Positions 40,241 to 49,499 of a stretch of 64,000 bases of DNA are shown here, piece by piece. Made by a program: the position numbers and the translations under genes. Under the pieces are notes generated by a model. It had not been told where the DNA came from. It saw only the letters and a list, made by a program, of their open reading frames with translations, and did no database searches. Origin of the DNA: an uncultured Rhodocyclaceae bacterium (lineage in GTDB: Bacteria > Pseudomonadota > Gammaproteobacteria > Burkholderiales > Rhodocyclaceae). The DNA is taken from assembly GCA_900549295.1 (NCBI GenBank), contig URNG01000001.1, positions 323-64,322 on the forward strand. The letters are read 5' to 3'. Each line of letters begins with the position of its first letter. The stretch's first letter is position 1.

Positions 40241-41932
40241 ATGAGTTATCAGGTTCTCGCGCGCAAGTGGCGGCCGCGCAATTTCTCGACCCTGGTCGGC
40301 CAGGAGCATGTCGTACGCGCGCTCAATCATGCCCTGTCAGAGCAGCGTCTGCACCACGCCTACTTGTTCACTGGCACGCGCGGCGTCGGCAAAACCACCA
40401 TCGCCCGCATCCTCGCCAAATCGCTCAACTGCGAAACCGGTATCACCGCCACGCCCTGCGGCCAGTGCACCGCCTGCCAGGAAATCGATGCCGGGCGGTT
40501 CATCGATCTGCTCGAAGTCGATGCGGCCACCAACACCCGTGTCGACGAAATGCGCCAGTTGCTCGAAAATGCGGCATACGCGCCGACACGGGGCCGTTTC
40601 AAGGTGTATGTGATCGACGAAGTGCATATGCTGTCCACTTCGGCCTTCAACGCCATGCTGAAAACGCTGGAAGAGCCGCCTGAGCACGTCAAATTCATTC
40701 TTGCCACCACCGATCCGCAGAAAATTCCGGTGACGGTACTGTCGCGCTGCCTGCAATTTAACCTGAAACAGATGCCGGTGCCGGCTATTGCCGGGCATCT
40801 GGCGCACATTCTGCAGATGGAAGGCATTGCGGGCGAGATGCCGGCACTCAATCTGATTGCCCGTTCGGCGGGTGGCAGCATGCGCGACGCCTTGTCGCTG
40901 CTCGATCAGGCCATTGCGCATGGGGCCGGGCAAGTCGATGAGATGCAGGTGCGCAGCATGCTGGGCAGCGTCGATCAGGATCATCTCTTTTCCGTGCTGG
41001 AAGCCGTGTTGGCGGGCGATGCGGGAACTCTGCTGCAAGTGGCGGCGAATCTTGCGTTGCGCGGCCTGTCTTTTGCAGTGGCCTTGCAGGAACTGGCGGC
41101 GTTGCTGACGCGCGTCCAGGTGGTGCAGTGCGTGCCGGAAGCCGGAGATGAAGACGATCCCGACCGCGAGCGCATTCAGGCGCTGGCCCAGGCGCTGTCG
41201 CCCGAATTCATCCAGTTGGCTTACCAGATCGTGACGGTCGGGCGCAGCGAACTCGCGCTGGCTCCGGACGAGCACGCCGGTTTCGTGATGACGCTGCTGC
41301 GCCTGCACACTTTCCGCCCGCGCAGCGTGGGCGAAATCGTGGAAACCTACCGTCCAGCAGCGGTTCCGGTTGCTGCGCCGCAAGCTTCGCGCCCGCCGCT
41401 GATGCCGCCGCCTGCGCCGCCAGCGCCGCTCAGGCAACTGGAAGCGAGCGCTGTGCCCGCCCCTGTTGGCGCAACGCCCGAACCTATCGCGTCCGCCCCG
41501 GAACCCCCACGGCCTGCCGCAGTGAATGCAATAAACGCAGCAAATGTGAATGCCGCGCAAAACTGGTCCAATCTGCTCGCCGCACTGCCCATCAGCGGCC
41601 TGGTGCGTACCCTTGCCGCGCATTGCGAGTTGCGTGAATTGGGCGAGGGGCATTGCCTGCTGCGTCTGCCTGCCGAATTCGCGCATTTGCAGATGAAACC
41701 GAACCCGGACAAGCTGCAACAGGCTTTGTCCGATCATTTCGGGCGGGCGATCCGGCTGGCCATCGAAGCCGGTGCCACGGCCACGGAGACGCCGGCTGCG
41801 GCACAGGGGCGCGTGCGCCAGGAACGGCAGGAAGAAGCCGAGGCGGCAATCAGGAACGACGATTTCGTACGCGAGGCCATCGATTTGTTCGGTGCCTCGA
41901 TTGTGGAAGCTTCCATTAAACCGATCGATTGA
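40241..41932 (+). CDS. dnaX: DNA polymerase III subunits tau/gamma
   Basis: MSYQVLARKWRPRNFSTLVGQEHVV…GTRGVGKTT…CQEI zinc module. Confidence 0.92.
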   Translation: MSYQVLARKWRPRNFSTLVGQEHVVRALNHALSEQRLHHAYLFTGTRGVGKTTIARILAKSLNCETGITATPCGQCTACQEIDAGRFIDLLEVDAATNTRVDEMRQLLENAAYAPTRGRFKVYVIDEVHMLSTSAFNAMLKTLEEPPEHVKFILATTDPQKIPVTVLSRCLQFNLKQMPVPAIAGHLAHILQMEGIAGEMPALNLIARSAGGSMRDALSLLDQAIAHGAGQVDEMQVRSMLGSVDQDHLFSVLEAVLAGDAGTLLQVAANLALRGLSFAVALQELAALLTRVQVVQCVPEAGDEDDPDRERIQALAQALSPEFIQLAYQIVTVGRSELALAPDEHAGFVMTLLRLHTFRPRSVGEIVETYRPAAVPVAAPQASRPPLMPPPAPPAPLRQLEASAVPAPVGATPEPIASAPEPPRPAAVNAINAANVNAAQNWSNLLAALPISGLVRTLAAHCELRELGEGHCLLRLPAEFAHLQMKPNPDKLQQALSDHFGRAIRLAIEAGATATETPAAAQGRVRQERQEEAEAAIRNDDFVREAIDLFGASIVEASIKPID

Positions 41933-41944
41933 CGGAGCCAGTAA

Positions 41945-42268
41945 ATGATCAAAGGTGGTTTGGGCGGCCTGATGAAGCAGGCGCAGGTGATGCAGGAAAA
42001 CATGAAAAAGGCGCAGGAGCAGCTCGCCCAGATGGAAGTGGAAGGGCAGGCCGGAGCCGGCATGGTCAAGGTCATCATGACCTGCGCGCACGACGTGCGC
42101 CGCGTCAGCATCGACCCTTCGGTGATGGACGACAAGGAAATGCTGGAAGACTTGGTGGCTGCCGCGGTGAATGACGCGGTGCGCCGGGGCGAGGCGCTCA
42201 GCCAGGAAAAAATGGCCGGCTTCACGGCGGGCCTGAATCTGCCGCCGGGTTTCAAACTGCCGTTCTGA
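41945..42268 (+). CDS. ybaB: Nucleoid-associated protein YbaB/EbfC
   Basis: 107 aa; family similarity and the conserved dnaX-ybaB-recR order. Confidence 0.9.
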   Translation: MIKGGLGGLMKQAQVMQENMKKAQEQLAQMEVEGQAGAGMVKVIMTCAHDVRRVSIDPSVMDDKEMLEDLVAAAVNDAVRRGEALSQEKMAGFTAGLNLPPGFKLPF

Positions 42269-42269
42269 C

Positions 42270-42872
42270 GTGCCGACCAGCAGCATCGTCGAACTGACGG
42301 AGGCGCTGCGCTGCCTGCCCGGTATCGGGCCGAAATCGGCGCAGCGCATGGCTTACCACCTGCTGCAGCACGACCGCAACGGGGCCGAGCGCCTCGGGCA
42401 GGCCGTGCAGCGAGCGCTGGCGATGGTGCGCCGCTGCCGCCGCTGCAATACCTGGACGGAGCTTGAATTATGCGAGTGCTGCGCCTCGCCGCACCGCGAT
42501 CCGAGCCTGCTGTGCGTGGTGGAAACGCCGGTCGATCTCAACATGATGGAGCAGACGCACGCCTACAGCGGGCTGTACTACGTCCTGATGGGGCGGATCT
42601 CGCCGCTGGATGGCGTCGGCGCGCGCCAGTTGGGGCTGGAGGCGCTGCTCTCGCGGGCGCTCGACGGCGTGGTGAAGGAGGTGGTGCTGGCCACCAATTT
42701 CACCAACGAGGGCGAGGCGACGGCGCATTACATCGGCGAAATGCTGAAAACGCATGGCATCGCCGTAACGCGCATCGCGCGCGGCGTGCCGGTGGGCGGC
42801 GAACTGGAGTTCGTCGATAGCGGCACGCTCGCTCAGGCCCTGCGCGAACGGCGTCGTCTGGTGGAAATATAA
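42270..42872 (+). CDS. recR: Recombination protein RecR
   Basis: [21 protein letters not shown]4 zinc finger [16 protein letters not shown], Toprim. GTG start. Confidence 0.9.
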   Translation: MPTSSIVELTEALRCLPGIGPKSAQRMAYHLLQHDRNGAERLGQAVQRALAMVRRCRRCNTWTELELCECCASPHRDPSLLCVVETPVDLNMMEQTHAYSGLYYVLMGRISPLDGVGARQLGLEALLSRALDGVVKEVVLATNFTNEGEATAHYIGEMLKTHGIAVTRIARGVPVGGELEFVDSGTLAQALRERRRLVEI

Positions 42873-42961
42873 GAAAAATTACATCTTCTATCGTCGGCGG
42901 GCTTGCCTTATAATTCCGCCTTTGTTTTTTTACCCATTCAATTCCTTTAGGGGTCAGCGTT

Positions 42962-43561
42962 ATGAGCAATCAAGGGAAGATGGACTGCGGCCGGCGGCGT
43001 CTAGTCGTCGCTACGGCGGCCGTCGGGGGCGTCGGCGCGGTGGGCGCTCTGGTGCCGTTCGTGTCCAGTTTGCTTCCGTCCGAACGCGCCAGGGCAGCAG
43101 GGGCGCCGGTCGAAGCCGATATCAGCAAGCTGGAAAGCGGCCAGATGATGACCGTCGAATGGCGAGGCAAGCCGGTCTGGATCATCAACCGGACCCAGGC
43201 CATGCTCGACACCCTGCCCAAGCTGGACGGTCAGGTCGCCGACCCGAAATCCGAAGTGGCGACGCAGCAACCCGCCTACGCGGCCAATGCCACGCGCTCG
43301 ATCAAGCCGGAAGTGCTGGTGGTGGTCGGCATCTGCACCCACTTGGGCTGCTCGCCGTCGAACAAGTTCAAGGCGGGCGCCGAAGAAGGCATGGGCGCCG
43401 ACTGGCTGGGTGGCTTCCTCTGCCCCTGCCACGGTTCGACCTTCGATTTCGCCGGCCGCGTCTTCAAGGCCAAGCCGGCGCCGACCAATCTTGAAGTCCC
43501 GCCGCACGTGTATCTGACCGATACCCGTATTCTGATCGGCGAAGACAAGAAGGGGGCATGA
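42962..43561 (+). CDS. petA: Ubiquinol-cytochrome c reductase Rieske iron-sulfur subunit
   Basis: Rieske boxes CTHLGC and CPCHGS. Confidence 0.92.
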   Translation: MSNQGKMDCGRRRLVVATAAVGGVGAVGALVPFVSSLLPSERARAAGAPVEADISKLESGQMMTVEWRGKPVWIINRTQAMLDTLPKLDGQVADPKSEVATQQPAYAANATRSIKPEVLVVVGICTHLGCSPSNKFKAGAEEGMGADWLGGFLCPCHGSTFDFAGRVFKAKPAPTNLEVPPHVYLTDTRILIGEDKKGA

Positions 43562-44865
43562 TCATGGCTGGTGGAACTTACGAAAAATACAAGTCGGACG
43601 GCTCGCTGGCCGGTAACGTCCTGGAGTGGGTGGACGCCCGCTTCCCGGCAACTTCCATGTGGAAGGGCCATCTGTCCGAATACTACGCGCCGAAGAACTT
43701 CAACTTCTGGTACTTCTTCGGTTCGCTGGCGCTCCTGGTGCTGGTCATCCAGATCGTCACCGGTATCTTCCTGGTCATGCACTACAAGCCGGACGGCTCG
43801 CTCAACGCCGCTGGCGTGCCGGTGGCCTTCGCTTCCGTCGAGTACATCATGCGCGACGTGCCGGGCGGCTGGATCATCCGCTACATGCACTCGACCGGGG
43901 CTTCCGCCTTCTTCATCGTGGTGTACATGCACATGTTCCGTGGTCTGATCTACGGTTCCTACCGCAAGCCGCGCGAATTGACCTGGCTGTTCGGCGTCGG
44001 CATCTTCCTGGTGCTGATGGGCGAAGCCTTCTTCGGCTATCTGCTGCCCTGGGGCCAGATGTCCTACTGGGGCGCGCAGGTGATCGTGAATCTGTTCGGG
44101 GCCATTCCGGTGGTGGGCAACGATCTGTCCATCCTGATCCGGGGCGACTTCGTGGTCGGCGACGCGACGCTGAACCGCTTCTTCTCCTTCCACGTCATCG
44201 CCTTCCCGCTCATCCTGATCGGTCTGGTCGCGGCCCACATCCTGGCGCTGCACGAAACCGGCTCGAACAACCCGGACGGCATCGACATCAAGGAAAAGAA
44301 GGACGCCAACGGCATCCCGCTCGACGGCATTCCCTTCCATCCGTACTACACGGTCAAGGACATCGTCGGCGTGGTCGTCTTCCTGATGGCCTTCTCGGCG
44401 ATCATGTTCTTCGCGCCGGAAGGCGGCGGCTACTTCCTGGAAACGCCGAACTTCTACCCGGCCGATCCGTTGAAGACGCCGAACCACATCGCGCCGGTCT
44501 GGTACTTCACGCCGTATTACTCCATCCTGCGCGCGATGGTGTGGAACTTCTTCGGCCTGGATGCCAAGTTCTGGGGCGTGGTGGCGATGGGCGCTTCGGT
44601 GGTGATCTTCGCCTTCCTGCCCTGGCTGGATCGCAGCCCGGTGCGCTCGATCCGCTATCGCGGCCCGATCACCAAGGTCATGATCGCCCTGTTCGTGGTC
44701 TGCTTCTTCATCCTGGGCTACCTCGGCACCCTGTCGCCGTCGCCGATGGGTGAGCTGATTTCCCAGGTCTGCACGGTGTTCTACTTTGCCTTCTTCCTCG
44801 GCATGCCGTGGTGGTCGCGCATGGACAAGTTCAAGCCGGTTCCCGACCGCGTGACGATGAAGTGA
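43558..44865 (+). CDS. petB: Cytochrome b of the bc1 complex
   Basis: Cytochrome b family, haem-ligating His residues. ATGA overlap with petA. Confidence 0.92.
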   Translation: MIMAGGTYEKYKSDGSLAGNVLEWVDARFPATSMWKGHLSEYYAPKNFNFWYFFGSLALLVLVIQIVTGIFLVMHYKPDGSLNAAGVPVAFASVEYIMRDVPGGWIIRYMHSTGASAFFIVVYMHMFRGLIYGSYRKPRELTWLFGVGIFLVLMGEAFFGYLLPWGQMSYWGAQVIVNLFGAIPVVGNDLSILIRGDFVVGDATLNRFFSFHVIAFPLILIGLVAAHILALHETGSNNPDGIDIKEKKDANGIPLDGIPFHPYYTVKDIVGVVVFLMAFSAIMFFAPEGGGYFLETPNFYPADPLKTPNHIAPVWYFTPYYSILRAMVWNFFGLDAKFWGVVAMGASVVIFAFLPWLDRSPVRSIRYRGPITKVMIALFVVCFFILGYLGTLSPSPMGELISQVCTVFYFAFFLGMPWWSRMDKFKPVPDRVTMK

Positions 44866-44869
44866 GAGG

Positions 44870-45598
44870 ATGCACAAAATGAAAAAATTTCTGATCGCTC
44901 TGCTTTTTGCGCCGGTTCTCGCCTTTGCCGCGGGGGGGCATGTTTCTCTCGACAAATGGCCGGGTTCGGTGTCTGACAAAGCCGCCCTGCAAAACGGCGC
45001 CAAGCTCTTCGTCAATTACTGCCTGAACTGCCACGGCGCTTCCTTCATCCGCTACAAGAGCCTGATGGATCTGGGCCTGACGGAGGAACAGGTCAAGGAA
45101 AACCTGATGTTCGCCGGCGACAAGATCGGCGACCTGATGATGGTGGCGGCGCGTCACGACGAGCAGAAGAAGTGGTTCGGCGCGACGCCGCCCGATCTGA
45201 CCATCGTCGCCCGCGCCCGCGGCGAAGCCGGTAATGCCGGTGCCGGCGCCGACTGGCTGTACACCTATCTGCGTACCTTCTACCGTGACGACAGCCGTCC
45301 GACCGGCTGGAACAACGTGGCGTTCGAGGCCGTCGGCATGCCACACGTCCTGTGGGAGCTGCAAGGCACGCAGGTCATGGACCCGACGACGCACAAGCTC
45401 AGTCTGGCCGTACCCGGCAAGATGAGCACGGCCGAGTACGACAAGGCCGTGTCCGATCTGGTCGGCTTCATGGTGTGGATGGCCGAGCCGCAGCAGGAAT
45501 ACCGCAAGACCCTGGGTTTCTTCGTACTGGGCTTCCTGGCGCTCCTGTTCGTCGTTGCCTACGCGCTGAAGAAGGAATATTGGAAAGACATTCACTGA
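44870..45598 (+). CDS. petC: Cytochrome c1
   Basis: Signal peptide, CLNCHG haem motif, C-terminal TM anchor. Confidence 0.9.
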   Translation: MHKMKKFLIALLFAPVLAFAAGGHVSLDKWPGSVSDKAALQNGAKLFVNYCLNCHGASFIRYKSLMDLGLTEEQVKENLMFAGDKIGDLMMVAARHDEQKKWFGATPPDLTIVARARGEAGNAGAGADWLYTYLRTFYRDDSRPTGWNNVAFEAVGMPHVLWELQGTQVMDPTTHKLSLAVPGKMSTAEYDKAVSDLVGFMVWMAEPQQEYRKTLGFFVLGFLALLFVVAYALKKEYWKDIH

Positions 45599-45616
45599 TC
45601 CTTTCCTGATCGCGCT

Positions 45617-45655
45617 ACGGCATCGCGGTTCCGGGATTTCCGGGCCGCGATGCCG
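45617..45655 (+). other. Strong GC stem-loop (CGGCATCGCGG…CCGCGATGCCG) between petC and sspA, without a U-tract
   Basis: 11-bp perfect stem seen in sequence. Confidence 0.35.
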
Positions 45656-45678
45656 CCTCGTTTCAAGGACAATAAACC

Positions 45679-46275
45679 ATGATGAATCTTTACTCGGGGA
45701 CGACCTGCCCCTTCAGTCACCGCTGCCGCATCGTACTCTACGAAAAGGGCATGGATTTTCAGGTGATCGACGTCGATCTGTTCTCCAAGGCCGACGAAAT
45801 CGCCGCCGTCAATCCGCATGGCCGGGTGCCGGTGCTGGCCGAGCGCGATCTGGTGCTGTTCGAGCCGAACATCGTCAATGAATACATCGACGAGCGTTTC
45901 CCGCATCCGCAGCTGATGCCGGCCGACCCGATCATGCGCGCCCGCGCCCGGCAATTGCTGGTCGGCATGGAGCGGGAAATCTTCTCGCACATGGAAGTGC
46001 TGGAAAAGAACGGCAAGGGTGCCGACAAGGCGCGCCAGGAAATCAAGGCGCGCCTCACCGAAATCGTGCCGATCTTCAACAAGCAGAAATACATGCTGGG
46101 CGACGAATTCTCCATGCTCGACGTGGCGATTGCCCCGCTCCTGTGGCGGCTCGACCACTACGGTATCGACCTGGGCAAGGCCGCTGCGCCGCTGATGAAA
46201 TACGCCGAGCGCATTTTCAGCCGCCCCGGTTTCATCGAAGCCCTGACGCCGTCCGAAAAAGCGATGCGCAAGTAA
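45679..46275 (+). CDS. sspA: Stringent starvation protein A (GST-like)
   Basis: SspA family similarity. Confidence 0.9.
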   Translation: MMNLYSGTTCPFSHRCRIVLYEKGMDFQVIDVDLFSKADEIAAVNPHGRVPVLAERDLVLFEPNIVNEYIDERFPHPQLMPADPIMRARARQLLVGMEREIFSHMEVLEKNGKGADKARQEIKARLTEIVPIFNKQKYMLGDEFSMLDVAIAPLLWRLDHYGIDLGKAAAPLMKYAERIFSRPGFIEALTPSEKAMRK

Positions 46276-46279
46276 GCTC

Positions 46280-46693
46280 ATGGAACTGCCGTCGACCAAG
46301 CCCTATCTGTTGCGCGCCATCTGGGAATGGTGCTGCGACAACGGCTTCACGCCCTACATCGCGGTCAAGGTGGATCAGCGCACGCTGGCCCCGCGCGAGT
46401 ACGTGCAGGACGGGCAGATCGTGCTCAACATCGGGCCGGATGCCAGCAACCGCCTGCAGATGGGCAACGAGCTGATCGACTTCCAGGCGCGTTTTGCCGG
46501 CACGCCGCGCCAGTTGTCGATTCCGGTCGACCGCGTTCTCGCCATCTATGCGCGCGAAAACGGCGCTGGAATGTCCTTCGAGGTGGAAGACGCGGCGGCC
46601 TCGGCGCCGGCGGCCAGCAACGAAAATCCGGACCCGGACGAGCCGCCGCCGCGTCCGCCGGCTGGCCGGCCGTATCTGCAGCGCGTGAAATGA
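46280..46693 (+). CDS. sspB: ClpXP adaptor SspB
   Basis: PYLLRAIWEWCCDNGFTPYI…, C-terminal RPYLQRVK ClpX-binding tail. Confidence 0.88.
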   Translation: MELPSTKPYLLRAIWEWCCDNGFTPYIAVKVDQRTLAPREYVQDGQIVLNIGPDASNRLQMGNELIDFQARFAGTPRQLSIPVDRVLAIYARENGAGMSFEVEDAAASAPAASNENPDPDEPPPRPPAGRPYLQRVK

Positions 46694-46697
46694 GCGT

Positions 46698-47063
46698 ATG
46701 CGCGAAGCCCTGATCCTGTTTGCCCACGGCGCGCGCGACCCGGCCTGGGCAAATCCGCTGCGTCAGGTCGAGGCCTGCGCCCGGCGCATGGCGGGTGGAG
46801 ACTTGCACGTCGCGCTGGCCTTCATGGATTTCATTGCGCCGAACCTGCTCGATACGGTAAATGCTGCGATTGCCCAGGGTGCGCAACGTATCCGCATCGT
46901 GCCGCTCTTCATCGCGCACGGCGGCCATTTGCAGAATGATCTGCCGAAGCTCATCGCCGACCTGCAAATGCAGTGGCCCGCCATCGAATTCAAGCTGGCG
47001 CGGGCGATTGGCGAGGAAGAGCGCGTAATCGCCGCCATGGCCGAGGCGGCATTGAAAGACTAG
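46698..47063 (+). CDS. cbiX: Short-form sirohydrochlorin chelatase CbiX
   Basis: 121 aa; ILFAHGARDP…FIAHGGHL metal-binding His pattern of CbiX(S). Confidence 0.75.
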   Translation: MREALILFAHGARDPAWANPLRQVEACARRMAGGDLHVALAFMDFIAPNLLDTVNAAIAQGAQRIRIVPLFIAHGGHLQNDLPKLIADLQMQWPAIEFKLARAIGEEERVIAAMAEAALKD

Positions 47064-47072
47064 GCAAGAAGA

Positions 47073-47103
47073 AGGCCGACGCTAGTCGGCCTTTTTGTTT
47101 TTC
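47073..47103. terminator. Intrinsic terminator AGGCCGAC-GCTA-GTCGGCCT + TTTTTGTTTTT
   Basis: Perfect stem with U-tract. The 3' arm overlaps the stop codon of the minus-strand DUF3579-like gene. Confidence 0.6.
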
Positions 47104-47393
47104 CCGGTGATCGGGCAAACCCCGTCGATGATCTGCAAATCGTTGTCGTTGGCGAAGTTGAGCATGAAGCGGTAAGCCATCGGTTCGATTTCGCCAAGCC
47201 TGCCATCGACGAAAACGGCTTTGTTGCCGTTGTAGTCGCCGGGGCCGACGTAGGGGGAATATTTCATCTTGCGCTCGGCGCCAAACGCCGACATGACGCC
47301 GCACAGGCGCTCCGCCCAGTCGCTCGGGCGGAACTTCCGGCCTTCCTTGGTGAGGCCGATAATGATGAAAGTGGTCGATTCTTGTGTTGTCAT
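47082..47393 (-). CDS. Small conserved hypothetical protein (DUF3579-like)
   Basis: 103 aa, coherent coding and RBS. Family assignment is from memory and uncertain. Confidence 0.6.
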   Translation of the reverse strand: MTTQESTTFIIIGLTKEGRKFRPSDWAERLCGVMSAFGAERKMKYSPYVGPGDYNGNKAVFVDGRLGEIEPMAYRFMLNFANDNDLQIIDGVCPITGKNKKAD

Positions 47394-47469
47394 TGTTGTG
47401 CGCTCTGCGTGTTATGTGGGCGACCTTGTCTCTCGCTGCATTCTAGCAGAACTGCCCGTCGGAAATTGT

Positions 47470-47677
47470 GGCAATGCGGGCGGCAATCAGGGCAATCGCA
47501 CGAACGTCGGCGGTCGACCGGAAGGCGGAGAAACCCACCGCAAAGACGCCAAGACGCCAAGATTTCGCCAAGAAATGCCCTGTTTATTCTTCCCTTCGCA
47601 CTTCCTCTGCGCCTTGGTGCCTTTGCGGTGAAGATTTTGGGGGCCATGCCGATTGCCCTGGGGCGGCAATGCGGCGC
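47470..47677. repeat. Cluster of GGCAAT/ATTGCC hexamers (5 copies), inverted 11-mer CAGGGCAATCG/CGATTGCCCTG (47488-47498 vs 47650-47660), direct 10-mer GGGCGGCAAT (47478, 47661) and 3x CGCCAAGA near 47540-47570
   Basis: Read from sequence in the 373-bp divergent promoter region between the DUF3579-like gene and the HEXXH gene. Confidence 0.4.
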
Positions 47678-47767
47678 TGTTTGGTCTAAGATAAAGACGC
47701 TCTGCGCGTTCAGACGATCAGGCACACCCAAGGTCGGCGCGAAAAATCTGCATATCCTGAACTGACG

Positions 47768-48424
47768 ATGAATTCGATTTCCGCTTCTTCCTCCACGGCT
47801 TCCTGGCCGGCTCGTGTCCAGCCGGAGCCGGGCGGCGCGTCGACGGGCGCTGCCAGCGCCAAGGCTGGCGCGGGGAAGAGCGGCGGCCTGACGCCGGAAC
47901 AGCAGGCCGAAGTCGACAAGCTGAAAAAAATCGACCGCGAAGTCCGCCAGCATGAAATGGCGCATATGACGGCCGGCGCCGGCATGGTGACTTCGGGGGC
48001 CAGCTACACCTATACGCGCGGTCCGGACGGGCTGAATTACGCGGTGGCGGGCGAGGTCAGCATCGACACCTCGCCGGGGCGCACGCCGGAGGAAACCATC
48101 GACCGCGCCGCGCGCATCCAGGCTGCCGCCTTGGCCCCGGCCGATCCCTCGCCGCAGGACAGAAGCGTGGCGGCGCAGGCCGCGCAGATGGCCGCCCAGG
48201 CCCGGCAGGAAATCGCGACGCGCGAGCAGGGGGAAGCGGTTGGGCAGGCTGGCGAATCCACGGAATCAGGCCAGCCGTCCGGTGAGGGCGCGGAAAGCAG
48301 TCCGGCGAGCAAACCGGGAATTAAGCCGGGAATCGCCGCCTATCAGGCGCAGGCGGCGTATGAAAATGCCGGCGACCGCCAAGCTCCGGCTGTTGGAGCA
48401 GCGCGGATCGACCTGTACGGCTGA
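47768..48424 (+). CDS. Low-complexity protein with an HEXXH motif (QHEMAHM); putative zinc metalloprotease, SprA-related-like
   Basis: 218 aa, Ala/Gly/Ser/Gln-rich. Conserved block EVRQHEMAH…[27 protein letters not shown]. Family recall is uncertain. Confidence 0.6.
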   Translation: MNSISASSSTASWPARVQPEPGGASTGAASAKAGAGKSGGLTPEQQAEVDKLKKIDREVRQHEMAHMTAGAGMVTSGASYTYTRGPDGLNYAVAGEVSIDTSPGRTPEETIDRAARIQAAALAPADPSPQDRSVAAQAAQMAAQARQEIATREQGEAVGQAGESTESGQPSGEGAESSPASKPGIKPGIAAYQAQAAYENAGDRQAPAVGAARIDLYG

Positions 48425-48447
48425 CAGCGGGCGGACGCATTGCCGGC

Positions 48448-48502
48448 CAGGGGCCATGGCCCATGACCCAGGCAGGATTCTGGCAGCGGGTTTTTTGTCC
48501 GG
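48448..48502 (+). repeat. Intergenic repeat, copy A: GGGGCCATGG-CCCATGACCCAGGC … GGGTTTTTTGTCCGG
   Basis: Shares a 12-13-mer (C)CATGACCCAGGC (17/17 anchor if the 7-nt insert GCCCATG is skipped) and a 13/14 GGG(A/T)TTTTGTCCGG module with copy B at 61250-61312. Confidence 0.5.
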
Positions 48503-48614
48503 ATCGTGGACCCAGACCCGCAGGAATGCAGGCCGGCTGAGGGTATCGCCTTCCATGTGGGGAAGGGCCAATAATCAGCAGCCAGCAGTCGTAAGCGGCA
48601 GGTTCAGGCAAACA

Positions 48615-49427
48615 TCAGCCCGCCAGACTGGCCGGCAATTTTTCCTCGATCAGCTTGAGCAGCGGCAGAAAGACCTTGGGCGTGCCGGCGATGATGTTGC
48701 CGGTTTCCAGATAATTCGCCTCGCCGCGCAGATCGCTGACCAGCCCGCCCGCTTCAGCGATGAGCAAGGCGCCCGCCGCCATGTCCCAGGGCGCCAGGCC
48801 GAATTCCCAGAAGCCGTCGTAACGGCCGCAGGCGACGTAGGCGAGATCGAGCGAGGCCGCGCCAGGGCGGCGCTGGCCAGCGGTTTTCTGCGCCAGTTCC
48901 TTGAAGATCGACAGATACAGATCGACCTTGTCGAACTCGCGGTAGGGGAAACCCGTGCCGATCAGGGCTTCGCCCAGGCGGGCGCGGCGCGAGACGCGGA
49001 TGCGCCGGTCGTTGAGGAAAGCGCCGCCGCCCTTGCTGGCGGTGAACAGCTCGTTGCGGTTGGGATCGAAAATCACCGCGTGCTCGATGACCTTGCCGCG
49101 CATCAGGGCGATCGAAACGGCGTATTGCGGCAGGCCGTGGATGAAATTGGTGGTGCCGTCGAGCGGGTCGATGACCCACTGGTACTCGCCATCGCTCCCA
49201 TCGCGCGCCGGGGTGCTGCCGGATTCCTCTGCTAGAATTCCGTAGGCCGGGTACGCCTCGCGCAGCACCTCGATGATGGCGTTTTCCGCCGCTTTATCGA
49301 CCTCGGTGACGAAATCGTTGGGCTGCTTGCTGCTGACCTTGAGCGTGTCCAGATCGTTGGAGGCGCGGTTGATGATCTGACCGGCACGGCGCGCGGCCTT
49401 GACGGCAATGTTGATGATGGGATGCAT
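48615..49427 (-). CDS. suhB: Inositol monophosphatase SuhB
   Basis: [16 protein letters not shown]… aligns with the E. coli SuhB N-terminus. DPLDGT motif. The 426-aa track ORF is an upstream extension. Confidence 0.9.
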   Translation of the reverse strand: MHPIINIAVKAARRAGQIINRASNDLDTLKVSSKQPNDFVTEVDKAAENAIIEVLREAYPAYGILAEESGSTPARDGSDGEYQWVIDPLDGTTNFIHGLPQYAVSIALMRGKVIEHAVIFDPNRNELFTASKGGGAFLNDRRIRVSRRARLGEALIGTGFPYREFDKVDLYLSIFKELAQKTAGQRRPGAASLDLAYVACGRYDGFWEFGLAPWDMAAGALLIAEAGGLVSDLRGEANYLETGNIIAGTPKVFLPLLKLIEEKLPASLAG

Positions 49428-49446
49428 GGCGATTTGGCAAAGAGCG

Positions 49447-49469
49447 ATCAACCGCCAGCGGCGGTTGAT
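49447..49469. promoter_or_regulatory. Perfect palindrome ATCAACCGCC-AGC-GGCGGTTGAT in the suhB/trmJ divergent promoter region
   Basis: 10-bp arms with a 3-bp spacer, seen directly. Confidence 0.45.
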
Positions 49470-49499
49470 ACAAATTTTGGAAAGCGCGAATTTTACACT

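Noticed and set aside
40241-41932. Programmed -1 frameshift site (A AAA AAG) in dnaX
   Set aside because: No A AAA AAG heptamer was found in the gene on visual scan; gamma may be made differently or not at all.
47630-47680. Third copy of the GGGGCCATG repeat upstream of the HEXXH gene
   Set aside because: Only a 9-mer plus a GATTTTG match in a different order. This could be chance; it is mentioned but not called as a feature.
48240-49235. 331-aa plus-strand ORF overlapping suhB
   Set aside because: Antisense to a clearly homologous suhB; Arg-rich composition.
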